NCBI GenBank assembly: GCA_963795085.1
Contig: CAWCFX010000001.1
Location: forward strand, 480,001 to 544,000
Source of the DNA: an uncultured Gemmatimonadales bacterium
Lineage (GTDB): Bacteria; Gemmatimonadota; Gemmatimonadetes; Gemmatimonadales; GWC2-71-9
Length of the DNA stretch: 64,000 bases
Reading direction: 5' to 3'
This document shows positions 37,304-47,128 of the stretch, piece after piece. Under the pieces are notes generated by a model. That model was given only the letters and a program-made list of their open reading frames with translations. It was not told the DNA's origin and did not search any database. Every line of letters starts with the position of its first letter. Position 1 is the stretch's first letter. The translations under genes and the position numbers were made by a program.

Positions 37304-38728
37304 TCAGAATTGGAAGTAGATGAACTCGGTGGATTCCCGGACGCCGAACACGGTGATCCAGATGATCATCCAGGCGTACACCGGGGCCCGCCAGATGCCG
37401 GGCAGTTTGGTCAGGACCAGCAGGTCCTGCTTGAGGTACTGGAACAGCTGGACCAGGACGAGCGGCGCGGCGAAGAACAGGAAGTCGTAGAGCAGGGCCG
37501 GCGTCTCCGCGCTGGCGGCCAGGCCGGTGTGGGTAAGGATGTAGCCGATCTGCTCCACCGAGCGGGACCGGAAGATGACCCAGCCCACCAGGGTCAGGCC
37601 GAACATGATGCCCATCTTGAGCAGGGTGACGGGCCAGGTCCGGGGGCCCCGTCCCCACGGGTCGGCGTGATCGCGGTCCCACCGGAGCAGCCGGTAAAGC
37701 ACCAGGATCGCGCCATGGAAGAATCCCCAGATCACGAAGTTCCAGGACGCCCCGTGCCAGAGCCCGCCCAGGATCATGGTGAGCATCAGGTTCCGGTAGG
37801 TGGGCCAGCCGGCGATCCGGTTGCCGCCCAGCGGGATGTAGAGATGCTCCCGGAGCCAGACCGAGAGCGAGACGTGCCAGCGGGCCCAGAAGTCGCTGGG
37901 GCTGAGGGCGAAATAGGGCAGCTTGAAGTTCACCACCAGCTCGAAGCCCATCAGCTTGGCGAGCCCCCGCGCGATGTCGGAGTACCCCGAGAAATCGCAG
38001 AAAATCTGGAAGGTGAAGGCCAGCACCCCGATCAGCAGGTCGGCGCCGCTGAACTGGTGGTAGTTGTCGAAGACCCGGTTGGCGATCACGGCCAGGTTGT
38101 CGGCGACCACCATCTTCTGGAAGTATCCCCAGAGAATGAGAAAGAGCCCCGCGTTGACCTGGGCCAGCCGGATGGCCCGGGGGCGGAGCACCTGGGGCAG
38201 GAGGTTGTAGGCCAGCGAGATCGGCCCCGCGATCATCTGGGGAAAGAACGCGATGAACAGGCAGAAGTCGGGGAAGCGCCGGGTCGGCTCCATCCGGCCG
38301 CGGTACACGTCAATGGTGTAGCCCATGGCCTGGAAGGTGTGAAACGAGATCCCCAGCGGCAGGATCAGCTGCAGGGTGACCGCGTCGGCCGTGAGGCCCA
38401 CGCTGCCCAGGATGGCGACCGCGGTGTCGGCAAAGAAGTTGAAATACTTGAAGAAGCCGAGGATCGCCAGGTCAATCGAGATGGCGGCGACCAGGACCTG
38501 CTTCCGCCGCCGGGGCGAGGCCGACCGGTGGATCCAGAGCCCCGCGGTAAAGTCGTTGATGCAGGTAAAGAGGATCAGCAGCAGGAACCAGGCGTTCCAG
38601 TACCCGTAGAACCAGGTGCTGGCCAGGAGCAACAGCGTATTCTGCGCCCGGTGATGCCGCTGCACCAGGAGGTACAGGGCATAGACGAGTATGAAAAATC
38701 CTACGAAGACGTAGGAGTTGAAGAGCAT
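37304..38728 (-). CDS. MBOAT family O-acyltransferase (AlgI/PatA-like)
   Basis: MLFNS, LPLGISFHTFQ, FFPQMIAGPI, DFSGYSDIA, FWARWHVSLS, GLWHGA, EFIYFQF. Confidence 0.93.
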   Translation of the reverse strand: MLFNSYVFVGFFILVYALYLLVQRHHRAQNTLLLLASTWFYGYWNAWFLLLILFTCINDFTAGLWIHRSASPRRRKQVLVAAISIDLAILGFFKYFNFFADTAVAILGSVGLTADAVTLQLILPLGISFHTFQAMGYTIDVYRGRMEPTRRFPDFCLFIAFFPQMIAGPISLAYNLLPQVLRPRAIRLAQVNAGLFLILWGYFQKMVVADNLAVIANRVFDNYHQFSGADLLIGVLAFTFQIFCDFSGYSDIARGLAKLMGFELVVNFKLPYFALSPSDFWARWHVSLSVWLREHLYIPLGGNRIAGWPTYRNLMLTMILGGLWHGASWNFVIWGFFHGAILVLYRLLRWDRDHADPWGRGPRTWPVTLLKMGIMFGLTLVGWVIFRSRSVEQIGYILTHTGLAASAETPALLYDFLFFAAPLVLVQLFQYLKQDLLVLTKLPGIWRAPVYAWMIIWITVFGVRESTEFIYFQF

Positions 38729-38792
38729 GGCGGCAACGGTAACAGGAGGGGGGGTAGGGGATCGGTGATGTTTGACCGTTCCCCGGCCCGGG

Positions 38793-39563
38793 TCAGGCCC
38801 GGGGGGAGAAGCGCTCCAGGGTTTCCCGCTCGCCCGGCGTCAGACTGCCGATCCCGGTGGCGTTGATCTTGTCCAGGATCCGGTCGATCTCGGTACGGTT
38901 GACCTCGTGCATGGCGTCCCGGGGTATCTGGGACCACCGCTGCAGGTCGGCCACGGCGTTCCTGGTCTGGGCGGTGGCCTGGACGGGGGCGGCCTTCTTG
39001 CGAAATCCCCGGCCCGGTGCCCGCAGTTCCATGAACCGAAGGTAGAGGTAGCCGCCGAGAAACCCGCCCAGGTGGGCAAAATGGGCGATGCCGTCACCGC
39101 CGCTGCGGGCGCCGAAAAGCGAGAGAGCGGTCATGATGATCACCAGCCACCGCGCCTCCACCGGCAGGATGCCCCAGATGTAGATGTGGTCCCGGGGCCA
39201 GTACAGCGCGAAGGCCAGGGTGACGCCGAAGACCGCCCCCGAGGCGCCGATCACCCCGATGACGCCGGGAGTAAACAGAATGGAGAGAATCCCGCCCACG
39301 ATGCCGCTGGCGAAGTAGAGCCCGAGAAAGTGCCGGGTGCCCAGCCGGCCCTCCACCCGCGGTCCGAAGAAAAAGAGGGCGATCATGTTGAACAGCAGGT
39401 GGGTGCCGCTGCCGTGGAGAAACATGTAGGTCACCAGGGTCCACGGCTCCCGCGGGAAGAGGGCGGGAACCAGTACCATGCGGTTGGCCACCTCGGGCGC
39501 CAGGCCCTGCAGGAAGTACACGGCCACCGTGCCCACGATCAGTCGAAGAACCCAGGGTGTCAT
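38793..39563 (-). CDS. Rhomboid intramembrane serine protease
   Basis: TYMFLHGSGTHLLFNM, GASGA, AHLGG; C-terminal IDRILDKINATGIGSLT domain. Confidence 0.92.
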   Translation of the reverse strand: MTPWVLRLIVGTVAVYFLQGLAPEVANRMVLVPALFPREPWTLVTYMFLHGSGTHLLFNMIALFFFGPRVEGRLGTRHFLGLYFASGIVGGILSILFTPGVIGVIGASGAVFGVTLAFALYWPRDHIYIWGILPVEARWLVIIMTALSLFGARSGGDGIAHFAHLGGFLGGYLYLRFMELRAPGRGFRKKAAPVQATAQTRNAVADLQRWSQIPRDAMHEVNRTEIDRILDKINATGIGSLTPGERETLERFSPRA

Positions 39564-39598
39564 GAAGGGAAGGCTAGACGGGGACGGGTGGATTGGGA

Positions 39599-39660
39599 AG
39601 AGTGCAGAGGGCAGAGTGCAGAGTGCAGAGTGCAGAGTGCTGAGTGATGAGTACTGAGTG
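39599..39660 (+). repeat. Heptamer tandem repeat (AGAGTGC/TGAGTAC), about 9 units
   Basis: Visible 7-bp period; same family at 51312 and 55565. Confidence 0.85.
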
Positions 39661-39661
39661 G

Positions 39662-40576
39662 CTAGCGATCCTTTCCGGCTCCTCCGATGCGTTCCTCCAG
39701 TTCCTCCAGCGAGCGGGGCCAGTCTTCCTTGAGCAGGCGGGAGAGGCCCCGGTCGGCCATGAGCCGGCCGCCGGTCTGGCAGGTGGCGCAGTAGTTGGTC
39801 TCGTTTTCCGCGTAGCGGATCCGCTGGACCGGGTCGCCGCAGACGGGGCAGGGCAGGCCGTAGCGGCCGTGCACCGCCATTCCTTCCCGGAACGCCGTCA
39901 CCTTCACCGGGAACTGGTCGCCGGTCTCTTCCCGCAGCCGCTGGGTCCATTCGCCGAGCACGGCCCGGGTGGCGCCGAAGAGCCGGGCGATAGCGTCGTC
40001 GTCGAGCTGGCGGGTAAGCCGCACGGGCGAGAGGCGGGCCCGGTGGAGAATCTCGTCGGAGTAGGCGTTGCCGATGCCGCTGAAGAGCCGGGGATCTGTG
40101 AGTGCGCGCTTGAGCGTGTGGTTCTCGCGGCGGAGGACATCGGCGAACTCGGCCAGGCTGGTGTCCAGCACCTCCAGGCCGCCTCGGTCGAAGGCATCGA
40201 GCGCCGCCTCGCCCCGAACCACGTGCAGCGACGCTCTGCGCTTGGAGCCCGCTTCGGTGATGGCCAGGGTGCCCGAGGGGAAATCGAGCGCGGCCAGCCC
40301 CAGCTTTCCGGGCGCCTTGCCGCCCCGCTGGAGCCAGCGCAGCCGCCCGGCGATCATCAGGTGGAGCACCAGGAAGAACTCGCCGTCGAAACCAAGGACG
40401 ATGCGCTTGCCCATCCGCCGGATGGCCCGGACCCGGCGCCCCACCAGGTCGCCGGGCGGCGGGTCCACCGAGCGGAGCAGGAATGAGCTGGTGATGCGGA
40501 TGTCGTCCAGCGGCTGGCCCGCGATCCGGGCGCGCAGGTGCTCGAGGTAGAGTTCGATGTCGGGGAGCTCGGGCAT
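39662..40576 (-). CDS. Fpg/Nei family DNA glycosylase
   Basis: N-terminal MPELPD, RRMGK, HLMIAG, SGIGNAYSDEI (H2TH), CPVC..CATCQ zinc finger. Confidence 0.92.
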   Translation of the reverse strand: MPELPDIELYLEHLRARIAGQPLDDIRITSSFLLRSVDPPPGDLVGRRVRAIRRMGKRIVLGFDGEFFLVLHLMIAGRLRWLQRGGKAPGKLGLAALDFPSGTLAITEAGSKRRASLHVVRGEAALDAFDRGGLEVLDTSLAEFADVLRRENHTLKRALTDPRLFSGIGNAYSDEILHRARLSPVRLTRQLDDDAIARLFGATRAVLGEWTQRLREETGDQFPVKVTAFREGMAVHGRYGLPCPVCGDPVQRIRYAENETNYCATCQTGGRLMADRGLSRLLKEDWPRSLEELEERIGGAGKDR

Positions 40577-40610
40577 GGAGGTGAAATGTGAGAAGTGAAG
40601 TGAGAAGCGC

Positions 40611-41519
40611 CTACTCCTTCCCGACGGATTCCGCTACCGGAACCGGTGGGATCCGGGCCGCGATGACTTCCCGCCAGATATCCCAGGCCAGGATCAGGCC
40701 GGCCAGGATGACCAGTGCCGCGCCGGCCAGCTGGGAGAGTCCCGCCCGTTCGCCAAAGACGGGGATGGCCAGCAGGTAGGTAAACACGATACTGAGGTAG
40801 GTCAGGGTGCTGAGCGGCGCGGCCCGGCTGAGCGAGTAGGCCCGGGTCATGGCCAGCTGGCCCAGGCCACCGGCCACACCGGTCCCGAGAAGGAATAGCC
40901 AGCCGTGGAGGTCGGGCGTGACCCATACGGGCAGCGAGATCGCGAGGTTGGCGGCGGCCGCAACCAGGGAAAAATGCAGCACGATCGCCTCGCTGCTTTC
41001 CGTGGGCCCGATCTTCCGAAGCCACATGAGCGCGAAGGCGTAGGCCAGGGCGCCGAAGGTGGCGATGGTCGCGACATCGGCGGCGGACTCAAAAGTAGGA
41101 TGTACCACCCCGATGACCCCGACGAACGCCACCGCGACGGCGAGATATATGTGCCGGGCCACCCGCTCGCCCAGCAGGGGCCCGGAGAGCAGGGCCACGA
41201 AGACCGGCCCGGTCGCCCCCAGGGTGATGGCGTCGCCGAGGGGGATGCGGGGCGAGGTGACGCTGAAGAAGAAGCAGAAGGAGGCGAGGGTCCCGAACCC
41301 GCTCCGGAGCCAGGTGTTCTTCCGGTCGGTGACGCGGAGGCTGCTCCCCCGGGCCCGCGCGACCAGCAGCGTGATCACGGCGCCAAAGAGAAAGCGGGCA
41401 CCCGCCACCTGGGACCACGGCAGGCCCTGGCCGCCCAGCCGGCTGAAGACGTTCATCCCGGTGAACAGGAACTGGGAGGCGATCATCCAGGCGATGGCGG
41501 GAGCGATGGAGATGCGCAC
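40611..41519 (-). CDS. DMT/EamA family transporter
   Basis: Ten hydrophobic segments, LLGERV, QLAMTRAY, VFGE. Confidence 0.88.
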   Translation of the reverse strand: MRISIAPAIAWMIASQFLFTGMNVFSRLGGQGLPWSQVAGARFLFGAVITLLVARARGSSLRVTDRKNTWLRSGFGTLASFCFFFSVTSPRIPLGDAITLGATGPVFVALLSGPLLGERVARHIYLAVAVAFVGVIGVVHPTFESAADVATIATFGALAYAFALMWLRKIGPTESSEAIVLHFSLVAAAANLAISLPVWVTPDLHGWLFLLGTGVAGGLGQLAMTRAYSLSRAAPLSTLTYLSIVFTYLLAIPVFGERAGLSQLAGAALVILAGLILAWDIWREVIAARIPPVPVAESVGKE

Positions 41520-41594
41520 CGGAAACCGGGGGGTGAAGGTGCCGGAAGATAATCGCCGCTGCCTCCCGCGGCGGAAGCGGTATAGAATGTCTCC

Positions 41595-42245
41595 ATGCCT
41601 TTCCTAGCCATGGCCCCGGGCTACGACCCGGACGCCGCCGTCACCCACCTCCGGGCGGCCGACCCCAGGCTCGGCCTCCTGATCGAACGGATCGGGCCCC
41701 TCCAGCTGGAGGTGGACCGCCTGCAGAGCCCGTTCGCCGCGCTCGCCGAGTCCATCGTGTACCAGCAGCTCACCGGGAAGGCGGCCGCCACCATCCACGG
41801 CCGGCTGGTAGCCCTCTGCCGCCCCCGCCGGAAACTCCGGCCCGCCGACATCCTGGGGTTCAGTGAGGCGCAGTTGCGCGGGGCCGGGCTCTCCCGCGCC
41901 AAGACCGCGGCGCTCAAGGACCTGGCGGCGAAAACCGAGGACGGGCTGGTCCCCACCATGGCCCGGCTGCAGCGAATGCCGGACGAAGAGATCATCGCCC
42001 GACTCACGGCGATCCGGGGGATTGGCCGGTGGACGGTGGAGATGCTGCTCATCTTCCGGCTGGGCCGTCCCGACGTGCTGCCGGTGACGGACTACGGCGT
42101 GCAGAAAGGGTTCAAGCTGGCGTTCAACCGGCGTTCCCTTCCCCTGCCGGCCCAGCTGGCCCGCCATGGCCAGCGTTGGGCGCCCTACCGCTCCGCAGCG
42201 GCCTGGTACCTGTGGCGGGCAACCGATAAGAAAAGTGAAGAGTGA
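41595..42245 (+). CDS. DNA-3-methyladenine glycosylase II (AlkA/HhH-GPD family)
   Basis: SIVYQQL, GLSRAK, IRGIGRWTVEM, LPVTDYG, WAPYRS..WYLW; start may be 41610. Confidence 0.9.
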   Translation: MPFLAMAPGYDPDAAVTHLRAADPRLGLLIERIGPLQLEVDRLQSPFAALAESIVYQQLTGKAAATIHGRLVALCRPRRKLRPADILGFSEAQLRGAGLSRAKTAALKDLAAKTEDGLVPTMARLQRMPDEEIIARLTAIRGIGRWTVEMLLIFRLGRPDVLPVTDYGVQKGFKLAFNRRSLPLPAQLARHGQRWAPYRSAAAWYLWRATDKKSEE

Positions 42246-42320
42246 GCAGGGAGCAGAGGGTGAAGGGAGAAGTGAGAGGTCAACCAGCCACCTTTCTCAC
42301 CTCTCACTTTCTCACTTAAC

Positions 42321-43055
42321 TCATTTTATCTCTCCACTCACCCGGAGCGGCATCGTCGTCCGGGCCCGCGGTTGGGGCCGGGCGCGGGGGCGGACGAAGG
42401 CCAGCCAGTACCCGGTGATGATGCTGACGATCGAGAGCAGGCAGGCGCCGATGGCGAGGGTGCGATGGACCCAGTCCGCCGAGACCAGCACCTTGATCGC
42501 CGAGAAATCGTGCAGCTTGCCGATGATCGAGCGGAAACGGCGCCGGCTGTCGGCGGACACGATGCTTCCGTTCCGGCCGGAGACGTAGGACACGGTGCCG
42601 GCCGCGTCGCCCAGGGTGACCCGCCAGGCGGGCAGGTCGCCGCTGCCGTAGCGGGCGTCGTAGCCGGTCAGCCGCTCTACCTGGACCGTCCCCGGGGCAC
42701 CCCGAAAGTTCCGCCGCGCGATCGCTTCCGCCATCGCCGCGGTGATCTCCACCGGTTCTCCCGTCGCCGCGTCCACCAGGACAGTTCTTCGCCGCATTTC
42801 TACCTGGTAGAGCACCTGGTCCAGCACCTGGACCAGGGTGACCGACCGGACCGCCAACGCTCCGCTGTCCCGCTCGGCCAGCCGGGCCACCGCCTGGGCC
42901 GGCGCGATGGTGGCACGCGCCACGTCCAGCCGGGCGGGTCCGGCGTCCCGCGGGCGGTTCCGGGGCAGTACCATGATGATCCCGGTGACGGTCCACATCA
43001 GCAGGGCGAGACCGATCACGATTCCCATCCACTTGTGGATCGAGCGTGCGCGCAT
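42321..43055 (-). CDS. PepSY-associated TM-helix protein
   Basis: IHKWMG..WTVTG N-terminal TM, LVDAATGE PepSY-like unit, KLHDF and C-terminal TM ending ITGYWL. Confidence 0.75.
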   Translation of the reverse strand: MRARSIHKWMGIVIGLALLMWTVTGIIMVLPRNRPRDAGPARLDVARATIAPAQAVARLAERDSGALAVRSVTLVQVLDQVLYQVEMRRRTVLVDAATGEPVEITAAMAEAIARRNFRGAPGTVQVERLTGYDARYGSGDLPAWRVTLGDAAGTVSYVSGRNGSIVSADSRRRFRSIIGKLHDFSAIKVLVSADWVHRTLAIGACLLSIVSIITGYWLAFVRPRARPQPRARTTMPLRVSGEIK

Positions 43056-43089
43056 GGCTGGCCAGGTTAAGGAGAAAACGGTTATCGAC

Positions 43090-45925
43090 TCAGGGTGACG
43101 TGGCCACGTCGAGGCGGGGGGTGCGCACCAGGGCGTCGCCCTCGTGCTGGTCCAGCACGTCTCGCAGGTAGCGGCCGGTGTGGGAGCGCGGCTCGGCGGC
43201 GACCAGTTCGGGCGGCCCCTGGACGACCAGCCGGCCGCCCTGGGGGCCGGCTTCCGGTCCCATGTCGATGACCCAGTCGGCCCGCTTGATCACGTCCAGG
43301 TGGTGCTCGATGACGATCACGGTGTGCCCGGCGTCAATCAGCCGATCCAGCACCTGGATCAGCACCCGCACGTCTTCCAGGTGGAGGCCGGTGGTGGGCT
43401 CGTCCATGATGTAGAGCTTGCGGCCGGATTTCTTTCCGGCGCTCAGGAGTTCCCGGGCGATCTTGAGGCGCTGGGCCTCGCCGCCGGAGAGGGTGGTGGC
43501 CGGCTGCCCCAGCCGCAGGTAACCCAGCCCGACCTGCTGCAACTGCCACAGCGCGGCGCCCAGCCTGGGCTGGTGGCGGAACCGGGTGATGGCATCTTCC
43601 ACTGACCACTGCAGCACGTCGTGAATGGACTGGCCCTTGATCCGGATATCGAGAACCTCCCGCTTGAACCGGGTGCCGCCGCAGGCCTCGCAGGGCACGA
43701 ACACATCGGCCAGGAAGACCATCTCCACCTGGACGTGGCCGGCGCCCTCGCATTCCTCGCAGCGGCCCCCTTCCAGGTTGAAGGAGAAGGTGGCCGCGGT
43801 GTATTTCCGCCGCCGGGCTTCCGGCTGGCTGGCGAAGAGTTCCCGGATCTCGTCGAAGGCGCGAATGTAGGTCACCGGGTTGGAACGGGGCGACCGGCCG
43901 ATGGGGCTCTGGTCAATCAGCACCACGTCGCGGACCGGTTCCCACCCGGTGAGTGCCTGCACTTCGCCCACCGGCTCGCCGAGGTGGGACTTGGCGCTGT
44001 GCTCGCCGTGGAGCCGGGCCTCCAGCTGCCGGTAGAGCACATCGTGGAGGAGGGTGCTCTTGCCCGACCCGGAGACCCCGGTGACCGCCGTCAGGGTGCC
44101 CAGGGGAATGTCCACGTCCACGCTCTTCAGGTTATGCAGGGTGGCGCCCCGGATGCCGAGCCAGGCCGGCCCGGCCGGACGGCGGGCGCTGGGCACGCCG
44201 ATCCGTTTCCGGCCGGTGAGGTACTCTCCGGTGAGGGAGGCCGCGGATCCCTCGACCGGGCCGGCGTACACCACGGCACCGCCCCGCTCGCCGGCGCCCG
44301 GCCCCAGCTCCAGCATGAAATCGGCCTGCATGATGGCCGCCGGGTCATGCTCGACGACCACCACCGTGTTGCCCTGGTCGCGGAGCCGCCGGAGCAGCCC
44401 CAGCAGCCGGTCAATATCCCGGGGATGCAGTCCCACCGATGGCTCATCGAGCACGTAGAGGGTATCCACCAGCCGGGATCCCAGCGCGTTGGCCAGCGCG
44501 ATCCGCTGGGCCTCTCCCCCGGAGAGGGTGCGGGTCTGCCGGCCGAAGCGTGAGGTAGCCCAGGCCGACATCCCGCAGGTAGGCGATGCGGCTTTCCAGC
44601 TGTTCCAGGATCAGCCCGGCGACCGCCCGGTCGAATTCGCCCAGTTCGAGGTTTCTGAGCCAGGTGTCCAGCTCGTCCACGGAACGGGCCGAGGCCATGG
44701 AGATCGGCTCGCCCGCCACCTGCACCGAAAGGGCCTGGGGGTTGAGCCGGGCGCCGTGGCAGGCGGGACACGTCAGGGCCAGCTGGTACTGGCGGAGGAA
44801 GACCCGGATGTACTGCTTGTACCGCTTGGCCTCCAGCTCCTTGAGAAAAGGAAAGATTCCCACGTACCGGCCGACCTTCCCGTAGAGCAGTTCCCGCCGG
44901 TCCCTGGCCTTGAGTTTCGACCATGGCTTGTCGGGATCAATCCCCAGCTTCCGGGCCGCCTCGATCACCATGCGGCGGCGGGTCTCGTACCGCGGTTTGG
45001 TCCAGGGGTCAATGGCGCCTTCGGCGAGGCTGCGGGACGGGTCACATACGATGAGCGACTCGTCGTACTCGAGCACGGCGCCGAATCCGTTGCAGCCGGC
45101 GCAGGCGCCCCGCGGATTGTTGAAAGAGAACAGGGCAGGGGTGACCACCGGGGCCGGGGCGTCGCAGGCGCTGCAGGCCGGCCATTCCGAAAAGCGGAGG
45201 CGGGCCAGTTCGCCCAGCACCAGGGCGACGCCCTCCCCCTCCTGGAACGCGGTGGCAATCGCATCGGTGAGTCGGGCCCGGTCCTCCGCCGCCGCCCGGA
45301 GCCGGTCCACCACCACCAGCACCTCCCCGGCGGCCGCCAGGTCGAGCCCGGCCGGCAACTCGTCCAGCCGGACGGGTGCCTCGTCCACGATGGCCCGGAC
45401 AAACCCCATCGCCGCCAGGTTCTCCACGACCAGCGGGTGCGACGTCCGGGCCGCGGGCGGGAGTGGAAATACCACCTGGACCCGGCCCGCCATCCGGTCC
45501 ACCACCGCGTCGGCCGCCGACTGGGGGGTGTCCCGCCGCACCGGTCCGCCACAGATCCGGCAGATGGGCTTGCCCACCCGGGCCCAGAGGAGGCGGAGAT
45601 AGTCGTAGATCTCGGTGGCCGTTCCCACGGTGGAGCGGCTGGAGACGGTCGGGTTCCGCTGCTCGATCGCCACCGCGGGGGCGATCCCCTCCAGCCGGTC
45701 CACCAGCGGCTTGGGCATCCGGTCCAGGAACTGCTTGGCATAGGTGGACAGCGACTCGATATACCGCCGCTGCCCCTCGGCGTAGAGGGTCTCGAAGGCG
45801 AGGGAACTCTTGCCGCTGCCGGAGGGTCCGGTGACCACGGTGAGCGCGCGGTGCGGGATATCTACGGTGACGCCGCGGAGGTTATTCTGGCGGGCGTTGA
45901 CGATGCGAATGACGGGATCGGGCAC
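43090..45925 (-). CDS. uvrA: Excinuclease ABC subunit A, with one +1 frameshift near 44545
   Basis: ARQNNL, GPSGSGKSSLAFETLYAEGQRRY, zinc fingers, LSGGEAQR twice, GVSGSGKS; removing one base restores VGLGYLTL-GRQTRTLSGGE. Confidence 0.9.
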
Positions 45926-45988
45926 CAGCCAAATCTAACCGCATTCCCCTAGCCTTAAGCCCCCGTCCTCCTGTACTTTCCCCAGCCA

Positions 45989-47074
45989 ATGGCCAAAAAC
46001 GTCCTCTCCCCCCGTCTCCTGCTCCGGGGCTTCGAGGTATTCCTCCTTATCTCCCTCGTGGGATATGGGGCGGTCCTGCTCTACGGCAACAATCTCCCCG
46101 CATTCGTCGAATCGCTGAAGGGACTCCGCTGGGGCTGGCTCCTGGTGGGCCTGGGCCTGGCCTCCATGGACTGGATCGGCGGCGGCCTCCGGCTCTGGGT
46201 GGTGGCCCGGCAGATCCACCCCAACCCACCTCTCAAGGGAATGATCCTGGCCGGCGGCATGAGCGCCTGGGCGGCCTACCTGACGCCGCTGCAAACCGGC
46301 GCCGGCCCCATGATGATGTACACCATGCGGCGCTATGGCGTCAGCCTGCCGGTCGCGGTGACCAGCACCCTGATGACGTTCATCGCGACGGTCGCCTTCT
46401 TTGCGCTGGCGGGCCCCCTGGCGGTGGTCTTCGGGGCCGGCAAGTCGCTGGGCGACAAGGGGAACGTCCTCGGCCTTTCGCTCTACGATTTGTTCCTCGG
46501 CAGCCTGGGCATCTTCGGCGTGCTGGGGCTCATTCTCATCTTCGTGGTCTTCTTCCCCCGGCTGGTGCGCGACCTGATCCACTGGGTGGCCCAGAAGTTC
46601 GGGCGCCGAAGCCCCCGGGTCGCCGCCAGGGTGGAGCGGCTCCGGATCGGACTCGACGAGGCCCACCGGAGCATCGTCGCCTTCAACTCGCCCCGGGGCT
46701 GGTTGGCCCTGTTCTGGGCGATCATCATCTCGGGACCATCCCACGCCAACAAGCTGCTGGCCGGCTACGTCGCGCTCCGCGCCGTGGGCATCGAAGCCAA
46801 CTTCGTGGACATCCTGCTGGTCCAGACCCTGATCACCTTTCTGCTCTACTTCGCCCCCACGCCGGGCGCGTCGGGCGTGGCCGAGGTGCTGTCCACCCTG
46901 GTGATGGCGGTGTACGTCCCCAAGGGCATTCTCCCCCTCTACACGCTGGTCTGGCGGCTGATCCTCAGCTATTACACCATCGGTTTCGGGTTCCTGGTGT
47001 TCTCGCACTGGGTGCGGCAGGGGATCAAAGGCCTGGGAGAGACGCCGGGAGAAGTGCCGGAAGCAGCGGGATGA
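45989..47074 (+). CDS. Lysylphosphatidylglycerol-synthase TM / UPF0104 flippase-like membrane protein
   Basis: YLTPLQTGAGP, PTPGASGVAE, LVWRLILSYY; multiple TM helices. Confidence 0.85.
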   Translation: MAKNVLSPRLLLRGFEVFLLISLVGYGAVLLYGNNLPAFVESLKGLRWGWLLVGLGLASMDWIGGGLRLWVVARQIHPNPPLKGMILAGGMSAWAAYLTPLQTGAGPMMMYTMRRYGVSLPVAVTSTLMTFIATVAFFALAGPLAVVFGAGKSLGDKGNVLGLSLYDLFLGSLGIFGVLGLILIFVVFFPRLVRDLIHWVAQKFGRRSPRVAARVERLRIGLDEAHRSIVAFNSPRGWLALFWAIIISGPSHANKLLAGYVALRAVGIEANFVDILLVQTLITFLLYFAPTPGASGVAEVLSTLVMAVYVPKGILPLYTLVWRLILSYYTIGFGFLVFSHWVRQGIKGLGETPGEVPEAAG

Positions 47075-47128
47075 GACAAGTGAGAGGCAAGAAGTGAGGG
47101 TCGCGTTGGCCATTCAGCCGGGATTGCC

